A stretch of DNA of 64,000 nucleotides, from positions 32,001-96,000 of the forward strand of contig CAVTCR010000056.1 in the NCBI GenBank assembly GCA_963733195.1, given 5' to 3'. Source of the stretch: an uncultured delta proteobacterium. Lineage in GTDB: Bacteria > Desulfobacterota > Binatia > Bin18. Position 1 is the stretch's first letter. Every line of letters starts with the position of its first letter. The notes beneath the pieces were generated by a model. The model worked only from the letters and a program-made list of their open reading frames with translations, ran no database searches and had not been told where the DNA came from. Both the position numbers and the translations under genes were made by a program. This document shows positions 52,824 through 63,673 of the stretch, piece by piece.

Positions 52824-54050
52824 GTGAAGCCATTACATGGTCTTGTTGTTATTGATCTCACGCGATTCCTCGCTGGCCCGTATTGTACGCTCTTGCTTGG
52901 CGGGTTGGGAGCTGAAGTCATCAAAGTAGAGCCACCAAAAGAAGGAGAAGCTCAACGGTTGCGCCCCCCTTTTGCTGGCCCGAAGGGAGCTGGCCTGACC
53001 AAACAGACAGAGGACGACATCGGTTTACCTTTCTTGCATCGAGCACGAAACAAAAAAAGCGTTACGCTCAACCTACGCAGCGTGGAAGGGAAAGAGCTGT
53101 TTTTACAGCTCTGTGAGAAGGCTGATGTTGTAGTCGAAAACTTTGCACCAGGAACGCTGGAAAGGATGGGGTTTGATTTCCCCGTGTTGCAAGCACGGAA
53201 TCCTCGCCTGATTCTCTGCTCGATCTCTGGGTTTGGGCAGCATGGCCCACGGCGTGAATGGCGTGCGTATGATCCAATTATTCAAGCTGCAAGCGGGATT
53301 GTTAGCGTCACCGGCTATCCCGACCGTCCGCCGGTGCGCTGCGGTGCAGCGATTAGTGATACCACAACTCCGCTCTTTGCGGTAATCGGGATTTTGTCCG
53401 CCCTCCGGCAACGAGAGCAAAGTGGGAGAGGAGACTGGATCGATATTTCGATGCAGGATTGCTCTTTCTTTCTTCTCCCCGAGTTGATTGAATTTCTTGC
53501 TGCTGGAGATACGCCTCAGCGACAGGCGAATGCCCATATCGGCGGAGCACCGTTCAACGTCTATGTGACCACAGACGGGTATGTATCGATCTGCGCAATC
53601 AATGATCCAGATTGGCGGAAACTCGCTGTTGCATTAGGAAAAGCAGAATTGGCAAACGATCCACGCTTTGCCACGATCCTCAGTCGCCGTCAGCATCGCC
53701 AGGTCCTCGACGAAATGATCCAGCAGTGGATTGGGGCGTGGACAACCAGCGATGCCGTTGCCCATCTGCAACAGCACGAAGTTCCTGCCGGTCCGGTGTT
53801 GAGTCCGCCTGAGCTGTTACATGACGAGCATCTTCATGCTCGAAACATGGTGGTTGATGTCGTGCATCCGACTCGTGGTTCAATACCGGGGGTCAAAGGA
53901 ATGGGCATGCCGATCAAGTTTGTGCAGAATCCCATCACATTCGACCAGCCAGCGCCAGCGGTTGGGGAACAGAATGCCGAAATCTATGGTCGATTGCTTG
54001 GTATTGACGAGGCCAAGATGAAAGTACTCAAAGAACAGGGAGTGATTTAG
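52824..54050 (+). CDS. family III CoA-transferase
   Basis: PLHGLVVIDLT, RNKKSVTLNL, ENFAPG, ISD, APAVGEQN. Confidence 0.92.
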   Translation: MKPLHGLVVIDLTRFLAGPYCTLLLGGLGAEVIKVEPPKEGEAQRLRPPFAGPKGAGLTKQTEDDIGLPFLHRARNKKSVTLNLRSVEGKELFLQLCEKADVVVENFAPGTLERMGFDFPVLQARNPRLILCSISGFGQHGPRREWRAYDPIIQAASGIVSVTGYPDRPPVRCGAAISDTTTPLFAVIGILSALRQREQSGRGDWIDISMQDCSFFLLPELIEFLAAGDTPQRQANAHIGGAPFNVYVTTDGYVSICAINDPDWRKLAVALGKAELANDPRFATILSRRQHRQVLDEMIQQWIGAWTTSDAVAHLQQHEVPAGPVLSPPELLHDEHLHARNMVVDVVHPTRGSIPGVKGMGMPIKFVQNPITFDQPAPAVGEQNAEIYGRLLGIDEAKMKVLKEQGVI

Positions 54051-54059
54051 TCACAAAAG

Positions 54060-54315
54060 TAGATATGGGGAAGAGGCGAAGCGGGAAAAAGGGAAAAAGG
54101 ATAGGGAGGAAGAGGGAGATGGGAGACGTGATGTGTGAAACGTAATGCGTATTATCCACAAAAAGCGAAAGACGAGGAGCACATAAAACGTCACCCGCAA
54201 AGCCAGCAGTCAGAAACTCAGTCTCAGTAGTCAGTTCTTGGGTGTCAGGACCCCCCTATTCTTGGACTTTAGACTTTGGACCTTAGACCCTAGCCGCTGG
54301 ACTCCGGACTAGAAA
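54060..54315. repeat. patchwork of short (about 7 nt) tandem repeats
   Basis: ttggactttagactttggaccttagaccctag; tcagtctcagtagtcagttc; gggagatgggagac. Confidence 0.65.
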
Positions 54316-54355
54316 CTCTTTTAACTCATTCCTTGTTCGGCGAAGGAGATTTTGT

Positions 54356-54944
54356 ATGGCAACGGTACTTGGTATTTCTGGCAGTCTGACCAAAGGTGGT
54401 AGCACGCGGGCAGTGATCGATGCCGCCCTTCAGGGAGCAAAAACGCGGTATCCACAACTGACAACTGATGTGATCGACTTACGAAATGTGACTCTCTCTT
54501 TTTGTGATGGACGTCCACTGAATGAATATACCGATGATACACCGCGAGTTGTTGGCCAGATCCAAGCGGCAGATGCGTATATCATTGGCACGCCGATCTA
54601 TCGCGGGTCGTACACTGGGTCGCTCAAGAACTTGCTCGACCATGTTCCGGTCGAAGCGATGATGGGCAAAGTCGCTGGATTGATTGCCACCGCCGCCACA
54701 GACCACCACTATCTCAGTATCGACCAAGAACTGCGACCGGTTTTGCATGTGGTTCAATCTGCACTTGGTGCCGGGCAGTGTGTATGTCCGCAGTAATCAA
54801 CTCCAAGGCAACACGATTAGTGATGAACAAGTCAGCGAACACTTACGTTTATTGGGCGAGGCAGTGGCGGAAATGCAGCAGCGCCTCGCTGGAGGAGTAC
54901 AGGGGCCGCCGCCGCTGAGCTTGTGGGGGCGACGAAAGTCATAA
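54356..54944 (+). CDS. NADPH-dependent FMN reductase (frameshift near 54750)
   Basis: GISGS, TPIYRGSYTGSLKNLLD. Confidence 0.88.
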
Positions 54945-55050
54945 CCTACGGTGTGAGCTGGGGCTGCTTTCGGCCGCTTGCCAAATAGCTGGGAGTCGGA
55001 TAGGAGCGGTTGCCGACGTATGCCAATTTCACGGGTAAAGGGGAGGAATA

Positions 55051-55647
55051 ATGAGGTACTGGAGACGGTGGGGGCTAAGCTGTTTAGTGATTCTTGGGGT
55101 TTTGTGCGGGAGCAGGATTTCGTACGCTGAGGATGTCTTACCCAAAGCAGGGACATGGGAAGTAGGTTTACGCACCGGTTATATCTGGGGATTACGCAAA
55201 CATGCTGAAATGATCCCGATCAACTTACGCATTGGGTACACCACCTTCAAGGGACAATGGTGGATTGTCCCGGCTGGGGCATTTGAGATTAGTGCCGAGC
55301 CGTTTGTTTCTGTGATACATTCGATCAGACCTGGCACGCACGGTTCTGTGGAACTGGGCCTGGGACTTCCTGTGTTTACCTATTACTTTGATACAGGAAC
55401 TCGCTTTGCTCCCTATATCGAGGGGGGCCTGGGACTCTTGTATACAGATTTGCGTGGCTACAGCTTAGGCGGTCATTTCAGTTTTATGGAAAACATTGGC
55501 TTGGGGGCCAGCTACTTTTTAAGCGACAATCTGGCTTTCAATGCCATGTGGCGCTATCGGCATATTTCTAACGCCAATCTTTATGATGATAATGCTGGCT
55601 TGGACTCTGGTGTCATCCTTGCTGGTTTTTCCTACTTTCTTCCATAG
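55051..55647 (+). CDS. PagL-like lipid A 3-O-deacylase / acyloxyacyl hydrolase beta-barrel
   Basis: Signal peptide, PYIEGGLG, RYRHISNANL..NAG. Confidence 0.85.
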   Translation: MRYWRRWGLSCLVILGVLCGSRISYAEDVLPKAGTWEVGLRTGYIWGLRKHAEMIPINLRIGYTTFKGQWWIVPAGAFEISAEPFVSVIHSIRPGTHGSVELGLGLPVFTYYFDTGTRFAPYIEGGLGLLYTDLRGYSLGGHFSFMENIGLGASYFLSDNLAFNAMWRYRHISNANLYDDNAGLDSGVILAGFSYFLP

Positions 55648-55659
55648 AACGACACGACT

Positions 55660-56040
55660 ATGCTCATGATCTTGCCGCCCCTGCGGGAGCGGCGTGCTAT
55701 AGATCGGCTGCTGTCGAGCTTCTTCCATGACCATAAAATCAGCAGTTTTCGCCAAGCCGTCACGCGCCTCTGTACGTTCTACCGTCTTAAACGACCACGG
55801 TTTGAATGGTATGCCTACATTGATTGGGGAAAGACTGCCGGAAGAACATACGAGGATGGAATGATCCACCTCATGCACCCGGAGTATTGGAAACGAGGGC
55901 GGAAGTATAATTCCGAGCGGCAATGGGTTAATATGGTCTACCATGAAATGGGCCACTACATTTACTGGGTTGATGCGGAGCGTAAAGCAAACGCGTTCGC
56001 TCAGAATATGGTACGCGGCCTCAACCCTCAACGGCGGTGA
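55660..56040 (+). CDS. small HEXXH metallopeptidase-like protein (ImmA/IrrE-like)
   Basis: YHEMGHY...AERKANAFA. Confidence 0.7.
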   Translation: MLMILPPLRERRAIDRLLSSFFHDHKISSFRQAVTRLCTFYRLKRPRFEWYAYIDWGKTAGRTYEDGMIHLMHPEYWKRGRKYNSERQWVNMVYHEMGHYIYWVDAERKANAFAQNMVRGLNPQRR

Positions 56041-56048
56041 GAAACGTT

Positions 56049-56651
56049 ATGGCAAAAGAATCCTCCAGAGAACAGAGTGCTCGTGAGCAGAATGCAGATA
56101 ACAACTGGTGGGTTGAGAAGCTCAAAACTCGCGAGAAGGTCAAACTCGAAGAAGGCCAAGCTTTCGTTGGCGCCAACTTCTTTCGCAGTGTGGAAGGCTA
56201 CGACCAAGAAGAGGCAACCAAGAACCTCACTGACCTCAACCTCAAATTGCTTACCGCAGCGAACCCTGCACCTGGGGGGTGGGGGTATGTAGCACTGGTG
56301 GAACAGAAATCCCCGCCGACAGAGATCGACAAGGTTAAGCGCGCCTTACCGCTGCCTCCTGATGCGCGCGCAGTCCTGGTAGACTCGGGCTTGTCGTTGC
56401 GCGTGATCGTGACTGGAACCCCCGTTGGCGAACGCCTCTTGGAGTTCAATTTCATTGAGGAAGCTTCTTTCGATTGTTGGATTCGCGGGGAGTGGATTCG
56501 TGAAGAAGTGTTTCGCGGTAAACGCGAGTTGCTCCGCCGCGCCAGCGATCTTTTACGGCGATATATGGCACGAGATCTGGTCAGAGAAAAAGAATTCTTT
56601 TCTTCGCCCCATGCGAAGGGAGCGCTCCCTCCAGCACGTACGGAGTGGTAG
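56049..56651 (+). CDS. hypothetical protein
   Basis: Intact ORF following the HEXXH gene. Confidence 0.7.
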   Translation: MAKESSREQSAREQNADNNWWVEKLKTREKVKLEEGQAFVGANFFRSVEGYDQEEATKNLTDLNLKLLTAANPAPGGWGYVALVEQKSPPTEIDKVKRALPLPPDARAVLVDSGLSLRVIVTGTPVGERLLEFNFIEEASFDCWIRGEWIREEVFRGKRELLRRASDLLRRYMARDLVREKEFFSSPHAKGALPPARTEW

Positions 56652-56788
56652 ATCACGCCCTTCCTCGCTTCGAGCGAGCTATCCGTTCGGAAACCGATCT
56701 CGTGGAAGAACTACGAGGTGGTCGGTTCGCAACGGTTGATTTACACAACCGAACCTTGTAGGGGCAGGGGCATGAAGGAGGGAGCATC

Positions 56789-57613
56789 ATGCCTACAGTC
56801 AAAGCCAACAATTATGAGATGTACTACGAGATCGATGACTTTACCGATCCGTGGAAGTCGTCTGAACCGCTGTGGATTCAGCACGGTTTTGGTCGCAGTT
56901 TGCAGTTTTGGTATCACTGGGTTCCTTTGTTAGCTGGGCAGTATCGCGTGATCCGACGCGATATGCGTGGACACGGCCAATCTGCAGACCCTGGAGCCAA
57001 TTATGTGTGGTCCGTCGATGACCTGCTCAACGACATGAGAGGATTCCTTGACGCTCTTGGCATTGACAAAGTGCATTATGTCGGGGAATCAGTTGGTGGT
57101 ATTCTCGGAATCGCTTTTGCGGTGCGTTGGCCGGAACGATTCAAGAGTCTCACTTTGTGTGCGACACCACCAGCGATCCATCCTCATATTCAAGAGAAAT
57201 TTGCCGTTGGCTATAAAGATTGGTATACCGCGCTCGGGACCCTTGGGCCTGCTGGATGGGTGAAAGCACTGATGGAACAAGGAGGCGGCGTTGCCGTTGG
57301 AGAAGCGAGATCCCCACGGCTTGAGTGGATATTAAAAGAGTGGGGAAAAACTCGTACGCATGTATTGCAGGGCCTTTGTCGCTTAGTTCCGAGTGTGAAT
57401 ATCACGCCACTGCTACCACAAGTGAAAGTGCCGACGTTAGTATTGGCACCAGAGACGAGCCCGCTGACTCCTTTAACCGAACAAATGATGATTCGCGACT
57501 CGATTCCGGGTGCACGTATCTCTGTGATTGCCGGTCATGGCCATGAGATCTATCTCGATAATGCTGAAGGGTGTATTGCTGCGCTGCTTTCGTTTCTGCG
57601 GTCGCTGAAATAA
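56789..57613 (+). CDS. alpha/beta hydrolase
   Basis: QHGFG, DMRGHGQS, GESVGG, GHGH. Confidence 0.92.
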   Translation: MPTVKANNYEMYYEIDDFTDPWKSSEPLWIQHGFGRSLQFWYHWVPLLAGQYRVIRRDMRGHGQSADPGANYVWSVDDLLNDMRGFLDALGIDKVHYVGESVGGILGIAFAVRWPERFKSLTLCATPPAIHPHIQEKFAVGYKDWYTALGTLGPAGWVKALMEQGGGVAVGEARSPRLEWILKEWGKTRTHVLQGLCRLVPSVNITPLLPQVKVPTLVLAPETSPLTPLTEQMMIRDSIPGARISVIAGHGHEIYLDNAEGCIAALLSFLRSLK

Positions 57614-57630
57614 AGCTGTGAGGAGGGCAT

Positions 57631-58473
57631 ATGTCAGAAGCAGCACAACGGTTGCGTCAGATGCTCAGTAGTCCAGAAATGGTGGTCGCGCCGTTTGTCT
57701 TCGATGCCTTTCAGGCGCGTATTGCCCAAGCCGCAGGTTTTCAGGCTGTGTATATGACAGGCTTCGGTACGGCTGCGGCGCGCGGGTTCCCTGATGTCGG
57801 GCTGCTGACGATGGCCGAGATGGTCGAGAATGTTCGTTATATTGCTGGAGCGGTAAATATCCCTCTCATCTGTGATGCCGACACAGGCTACGGGAATCCC
57901 GTGAATGTGTATCGCACTGTACGTGACTATGAATCTGCAGGTGCAGCAGGGCTGCATATTGAAGATCAAGTATGGCCCAAGCGCTGCGGTTTTCTTGCTG
58001 GAAAGCAGGTCATTTCTCTGGAAGAAATGGTGCCGAAGGTGAAAGCTGCGTGTGATGCACGACGCGACCCTAACTTCGTGATCATTGCGCGCACCGATGC
58101 ACTGGCCGTCAATGGCTGGGGGGATGTTGCGAAGCGAGCACGAGCGTATCATGCTGCTGGCGCCGATTTGATCTTTGTCGATGGTATCCGCACGCTCGAA
58201 GATATGCAGCGTTATGTGCAGGAGATTGGTGATTTGCCACTGTTGTATAACGGTCAGTTACTGCCAGTGGTCGAGATTGAAAAGATGGGATTCCGTCTGA
58301 CGATTTACTCGGCAACGTTGACGGGATTCTATCTGCGTATGCGCGACATGATGCGCGAGCTGAAAGAAACCGGGAGTATCGCGCAGAGTTCGGGACCTGG
58401 GTTGTTTGACGAGATGACGACCCTCTTAGGGGTAAAAGATGCGCTGGCATTGGGCAAGAAGTATGAGAGCTAA
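57631..58473 (+). CDS. isocitrate lyase/PEP mutase family (PrpB-like)
   Basis: DADTGYG, IEDQVWPKRCG, IIARTDA. Confidence 0.92.
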   Translation: MSEAAQRLRQMLSSPEMVVAPFVFDAFQARIAQAAGFQAVYMTGFGTAAARGFPDVGLLTMAEMVENVRYIAGAVNIPLICDADTGYGNPVNVYRTVRDYESAGAAGLHIEDQVWPKRCGFLAGKQVISLEEMVPKVKAACDARRDPNFVIIARTDALAVNGWGDVAKRARAYHAAGADLIFVDGIRTLEDMQRYVQEIGDLPLLYNGQLLPVVEIEKMGFRLTIYSATLTGFYLRMRDMMRELKETGSIAQSSGPGLFDEMTTLLGVKDALALGKKYES

Positions 58474-58581
58474 CAGTATAGATGGTATCCTCCTCCACCA
58501 TTCTGGCGACTTGCAAATCAGATACCTGGTCGCAATAATGACATCTACATTAACAAGTCATATCATAAGAAAGAGATCGCT

Positions 58582-58869
58582 ATGCCAAGCGAAAAAAGCG
58601 TGACAGAAAAGATTCTCCATGTGTTGCGTCCATATGCGGCGCATTGGGGTGGGACTCTAGGCCGGGGAGATTTGGTCATTCCCCAACGCGAGATTCCCCG
58701 GGTAATCCATGAAATCATTGACACGATGCGAGAAGTTTCTGAGGGGCGACGGGAAGCTTCTGATGTGGACGTGTTTCAAGTGCTCAAGGAAAGCCGCCAT
58801 CTCTCGTCTATCCAGGATCAAGTTGAACGTCTCAAGCGGCAGTTCGTCCTCCTGAAGCGGCAATCGTAA
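58582..58869 (+). CDS. hypothetical protein (95 aa)
   Basis: ORF with a sigma70-like TTGCAA...AATAAT upstream. Confidence 0.6.
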   Translation: MPSEKSVTEKILHVLRPYAAHWGGTLGRGDLVIPQREIPRVIHEIIDTMREVSEGRREASDVDVFQVLKESRHLSSIQDQVERLKRQFVLLKRQS

Positions 58870-58949
58870 ATCCCGCGGTTTGCTCTGTCTGGTCATTTTG
58901 TTAAGTCCCCACGCTTGACGGCTTCCGTTTCTCCCGCTCTGTTAGAGAC

Positions 58950-59981
58950 ATGAATGCCGCCTTTGCTGCTCGCTTAGTTAACGGACCGTTTGGTGACCCC
59001 GGCTTATATATCCATTTGCGTTGGGAAGGTCGGGCATTGCTCTTCGATCTTGGGCATAATGATGCGCTGCCAGCGGCAGATATGTTTCGTGTGAGTCATG
59101 TATTTGTCTCACACTGCCACATGGATCACTTTATTGGCTTTGATCACCTCCTCCGCTTATTTCTTGCGCGAGATGAAAAGCTGTCTCTCTTTGGGCCTCC
59201 CGGCATCATCGATTGTGTGGACGGAAAGCTCCGCGGCTATACGTGGAATTTGGTGGATAACTATCAGTTCGCCATTGAAGTCTCTGAGGTTGCGCCGGAC
59301 AGTATCCGTCGCGTGCTCTTCTCGGCTCGTACTGGGTTTACTCCTGAAGACCTGCCTTCGTTGCCGTTTACCGGCATTGTCCTTGACGAACTTGCATTTC
59401 GGGTCCGTGTCGCGCATCTCGATCATCGGATTTACTCACTCGGGTTTGCAGTAGAGGAGAAAACCCACCTTAACGTCGATACAACCGTCTTATCGCGGAT
59501 GGGAGTACTGCCTGGTCCTTGGCTGTCTGAAGTGAAGTTAGCGCTCCGGCGCGGAGAGGCAGATGACTTTCCTATTGTCGCTCGGTGGCAGGAGCGGCAG
59601 AGTGGAGAGGTCAGTCGACAGTTACAACTCGGGGATCTACGGCATCATTTGGTCAAAGAAACCCGCGGACACAAAATCGCGTACGTCGTCGATACGATTT
59701 TCACTCCCGAGAACGCCTCACGTATTGCTACGTTAGCGCAAGATGCTGACCTCTTCTTTTGCGAATCACCTTTTCTGAACGAAGACGAAGACCAGGCAAC
59801 ACGGCGGTATCATCTCACTGCCCGTCAGGCTGGAATACTTGGGCGCATGGCGCAGGCCCGGAAGTTAGTCGTCTTTCACTTCTCTCCGCGATACTCGGGT
59901 CAAGCCGAACGGATCTACCGCGAAGCGCAAGATGCCTTTCGCGGACGCGAAGAGGGGAGTGGGGTTGTACGTCCAACATAA
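58950..59981 (+). CDS. ribonuclease Z-like MBL-fold hydrolase
   Basis: VNGPFGDPGL, SHCHMDHFIG, HLTARQAG, FHFSPRY. Confidence 0.9.
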   Translation: MNAAFAARLVNGPFGDPGLYIHLRWEGRALLFDLGHNDALPAADMFRVSHVFVSHCHMDHFIGFDHLLRLFLARDEKLSLFGPPGIIDCVDGKLRGYTWNLVDNYQFAIEVSEVAPDSIRRVLFSARTGFTPEDLPSLPFTGIVLDELAFRVRVAHLDHRIYSLGFAVEEKTHLNVDTTVLSRMGVLPGPWLSEVKLALRRGEADDFPIVARWQERQSGEVSRQLQLGDLRHHLVKETRGHKIAYVVDTIFTPENASRIATLAQDADLFFCESPFLNEDEDQATRRYHLTARQAGILGRMAQARKLVVFHFSPRYSGQAERIYREAQDAFRGREEGSGVVRPT

Positions 59982-60000
59982 GTTTGAAGAAAAGGTGTCT

Positions 60001-60441
60001 ATGACACTCCACATTGCCGAATCCGTCCAACGCTTCATTCACTCCCATGTGGTTGCTCGTTTGGCTACAGCCGATGCAACCGGTCAACCGCACGTTATCC
60101 CTTTTTGTTACGCCTTCGATGGTACGTCTTTGTACTTTATTGTTGATGAGAAACCGAAACGCCAGACTGGAAAACCGCTAAAACGGATACGTAACATCCT
60201 CGCCAATCCTCAGGTTGCGGTGGTGATTGACGACTATGCTGACGACTGGACCCAGTTGGCGTATGTTCTCATCACCGGGCAAGCCGCAATTGTCGAAAAG
60301 GAAGACGAACACGCACGTGCCCTTGGTTTGTTACGCGAGCGTTATCCGCAATATCGAGCGATGTCATTGACCTTTCCCCATAATGCGATGGTGCGGATCA
60401 TACCGGCAAAAGTGATTGCCTGGGGGAAGATTGAAAAATAG
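60001..60441 (+). CDS. PPOX-class F420-dependent oxidoreductase (TIGR03668-like)
   Basis: ARLATAD..GQPHVIP, VDEKPK, RIRNILANP, DDYADDW. Confidence 0.88.
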   Translation: MTLHIAESVQRFIHSHVVARLATADATGQPHVIPFCYAFDGTSLYFIVDEKPKRQTGKPLKRIRNILANPQVAVVIDDYADDWTQLAYVLITGQAAIVEKEDEHARALGLLRERYPQYRAMSLTFPHNAMVRIIPAKVIAWGKIEK

Positions 60442-60514
60442 ACTGAGCAAGGAGGGTGGGTCCTGTCCACCATTGTGATGCTCACATATACAATAAGAAA
60501 CAGGAGGGCGTCTT

Positions 60515-61043
60515 GTGAGTAATAGCACCACACAACAACGTCGAGTCTACACTGGTTATGTTGGTAACCCGAATCCCACTGAGCGTGAACGAATTATGCA
60601 TCTCCTTGATGTGTATCGTTCTACTGAAGGTTTTGTTGCTCAGTATCTCCCAGGTTGGATTGAGGTGAGCCAACACGAGGGAGTAAAAGGTGGACTCGCT
60701 GTGATACAACAACGCGAAGCTTTACACGCCAAAGTCATGAAAGCCCGGTTACGTGCCTTAGGGGGAACACCACAGGCAAAAGTACCTGAGGAACGTCGGC
60801 AAAAGGAGGTTCCGTTCTTTAGCTCTCCTGAACGCTCAGATGTTGAGAAACTTGGTGTCCTTGCGAACCTTTTTGGTGATCCCGAGGAGTTTATGAAACC
60901 AGTCACGAGACCTGGTGATGGAAATCGACGAAGATCAGCAGAGCAAGGAATTATTAGCGCAAATCGTTGAGGACGAGCGTGCCAGTATTCGGTGGATTCA
61001 AGGGATGTACGAAAAACTGCAGAAAGCGGAGAACGTGGTGTAA
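60515..61043 (+). CDS. ferritin-like four-helix protein (frameshift near 60905)
   Basis: QREALHA and EDERAS motifs in a helical protein. Confidence 0.6.
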
Positions 61044-61213
61044 GAGCTATAGGAAAAACACACCAAGATATCGATTGTTCGCCGATTACGGCAGGCACAG
61101 CCTGCCCTACTGTGAGTCGATGGAATTCGTAGGCGGGTATGCCCGCCATGGGCTGTTTAAGCAAAAGTCAAATCAGCTGTGTTTTCTATCGGTGACGTCT
61201 CTGTGGTAAAATC

Positions 61214-61697
61214 TATGAGACGTAACAATCACTGGTTGTCACGTATAAAAAGCACGGATGGTAAGTACAACAGTGTTTTTATACTCTGCGTGGCTGGAAA
61301 TAGTGCTCTTACGGCGGCCGATGATTTTCCGGAGCTTCGTTCAGGACTCTGGGAGTACCAGCGCACAGTGCAACGTTCGGACGAAAACTGGTCACCAAAA
61401 GATATAACCGTGCGTGAATGCGAGAATCCCATCAGCGTGTTGCAGAAACAGAATGAGCTATACAGGAAGCTTGGCTGTGCGATCGCAACAACTCGGGTGA
61501 CGGAGGCAACCTACCAGGTGACAGCTGATTGTCCGACAAAGAACGGTATTAAGACGAAATCTCGTGGTGTGGCTACATTCGACGGCGATAGTGCGTACAC
61601 GAGTGTGATTGACTCAGAGGGAGCTGTTGCTGGGAATCCGGTGAAATTTGTTGAGCGGTTGTCAGCCAAGCGTGTTGGTGATTGCGAAAAGAAATAA
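61214..61697 (+). CDS. DUF3617 family protein
   Basis: LRSGLWEY, paired Cys residues, AKRVGDC C-terminus. Confidence 0.8.
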
Positions 61698-62277
61698 GGA
61701 GGACGTATGGCACGGAAGGTTGCCGTTGGAATCAATTGGCAAGGATCACTTGACTACAAAGCATTGATCGAACGCGTCCAGATAGCGGACGCGATTGGCG
61801 TCCATTCCGCTTGGGTGCCAGAAGCCTGGGGGCGTGATGCGTTTACGATCCTGGCTGTGTTAGCCGATCGCACCAAAAAGATTCAGCTTGGTACGGCTAT
61901 CGTCAACACCTACTCACGGACACCTGCGGCGCTTGCTCAACACTTTGCAACCCTTGATGAGCTTTCAGGTGGACGCATGATCATCGGTCTCGGCACCAGC
62001 GGACCACAAGTGATCGAACACTTTCATGGGGTAAAGTTCGATCCGCCGCTCACCCGTATGAAGGAATGCGTCGAGATCATCAATACGCTGATGCGTAATG
62101 AGCCGCTCAAATACAGCGGTAAGGTCTTTAATCTCCAGCGTGGATTTACTCTACGCTTTGCTCCTGTGCGCAATCACATTCCGATTTATTTGGCGACACT
62201 GAATGCCAAGAGTGTGAAAATGACGGCAGAGTTAGCCGATGGTTGGTTGCCAGTCATGATTCCGCTGCCCAAACTTA

Positions 62278-63673
62278 GGAGCTGTAAAATCATAAGTTGG
62301 TCAAGTTGCAGGTTGCCTGAGGAGGCGAGGCTGAATCGTATAGTTCCAGTGCGGGAAGATACGATGAGTTCGCACGCGGAGACGGGCGATGTCTTCTTTT
62401 GAGGCTTTCTGCCCTGGGGAATAGTTTTTGGTATCAAGCCGTGCCAGGCACTGAAAGCCCGCAGTCGAGCGAGTTATTTTGAGATGTTTGAGCATGGTCT
62501 CATAACTCTCCAACGGTTGCCCCCTCCAGTTGGCACTGATCAAGTTGAACATGCGGTGTTCAATCGGGTTCCATTTCGAGGCGCCAGTTGGGTAATGGGT
62601 GACGGAAATAGTCAAGCCAACTTCGTCGGCGAAGGATTGCAGCCGCACCTTCCAGGCGTGGCAACGATTGCCATTCGACCCCCCACAATCTGCTTCAATC
62701 AATAACTGCGTGTGCGGGAAGTACACCTTCCGTCCCACGTGGACCCACCACGAACGAATGGCGCGGACCGCAAACTCTGGGGTGTCATGGGACACTCCGA
62801 CTACCACGTATCCTTTATTCCGTCCGACATCGTAAATGCCATAGGGAATAGCTTTCCCAACCGCAGTACTGGGAAAGTCATACATGTGGACTTCGTGCGG
62901 AGCACGACGCCACTGGTGGCCCGGATTTTTAAACCGGCCAATCAATTCCTTCTTCTTGGTATCCACGCTAATCACTGGTCGGCCGCGGCGCAAAAATGCC
63001 TTCCGCTGTCGGGCAAGGTACTGAAACTGTTCGTCACGCCCGAGGGACTGCTTGCCGGCCAGACGTTTATGATTCACTCGAAGTGAATACTTCCGATCCC
63101 GCAATAGCCGACTCACCGTGGGAGCACTCACTTCATACCCCCGACGCCCCAACTCACGGGCTACAGCGCGCAACGACTTATGCGTCCATTTGAGTCCCGA
63201 GATGGGATCACCCGCCGTCGCATCACGCATCACCTCATCCAGAGCACTCAAGAGGCCTGGTTGTTTTTTTCACTCCACTTCCCCCCTGCTCCAGGAGCCC
63301 GGATGCGACCATTGGCGACCAACCTCCTCGCCTCCAGCTCTCGCCGCCCCCGTAAAATGGTTGTCCGACTCATCCCCGTCACGCGAGCGAGTTGTTGGAT
63401 TCCTCCATATCCGTGTTGAGATGCCAAAAGGCCCACAAAATGGCGCCGCCGTCTCTCATCCAAGCTCTCCATCACTCGGTTAATACTGCCATGCAACTTT
63501 GCCGTCTCTCCGACTGGAGATCGCTTACACTCCTCACACCTACACTCATGAATCACTGTATCACGCTGTGCTGCCATATCTCCCCACCCATGGGCCCAAG
63601 CTGCCGAGCTAATGTGGATTCTCAGTCCCTCTGTATAGCAGCAAAGTTGACCAAGTTATCGCTTTACAAATCC
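62278..63673 (-). mobile_element. ISAzo13-family insertion sequence with TTA target duplication
   Basis: TTA at 62275-62277 and 63674-63676; terminal IRs GGAGCTGTAAAATCATAAGTTGGTCAA versus GGATTTGTAAAGCGATAACTTGGTCAA. Confidence 0.9.
62301..63577 (-). CDS. ISAzo13 transposase in two ORFs joined at an A7 run (63264-63270)
   Basis: ISVDTKKKELIG, ADCGGSNG, SKWNPIEHR, WNYTI. Confidence 0.92.
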
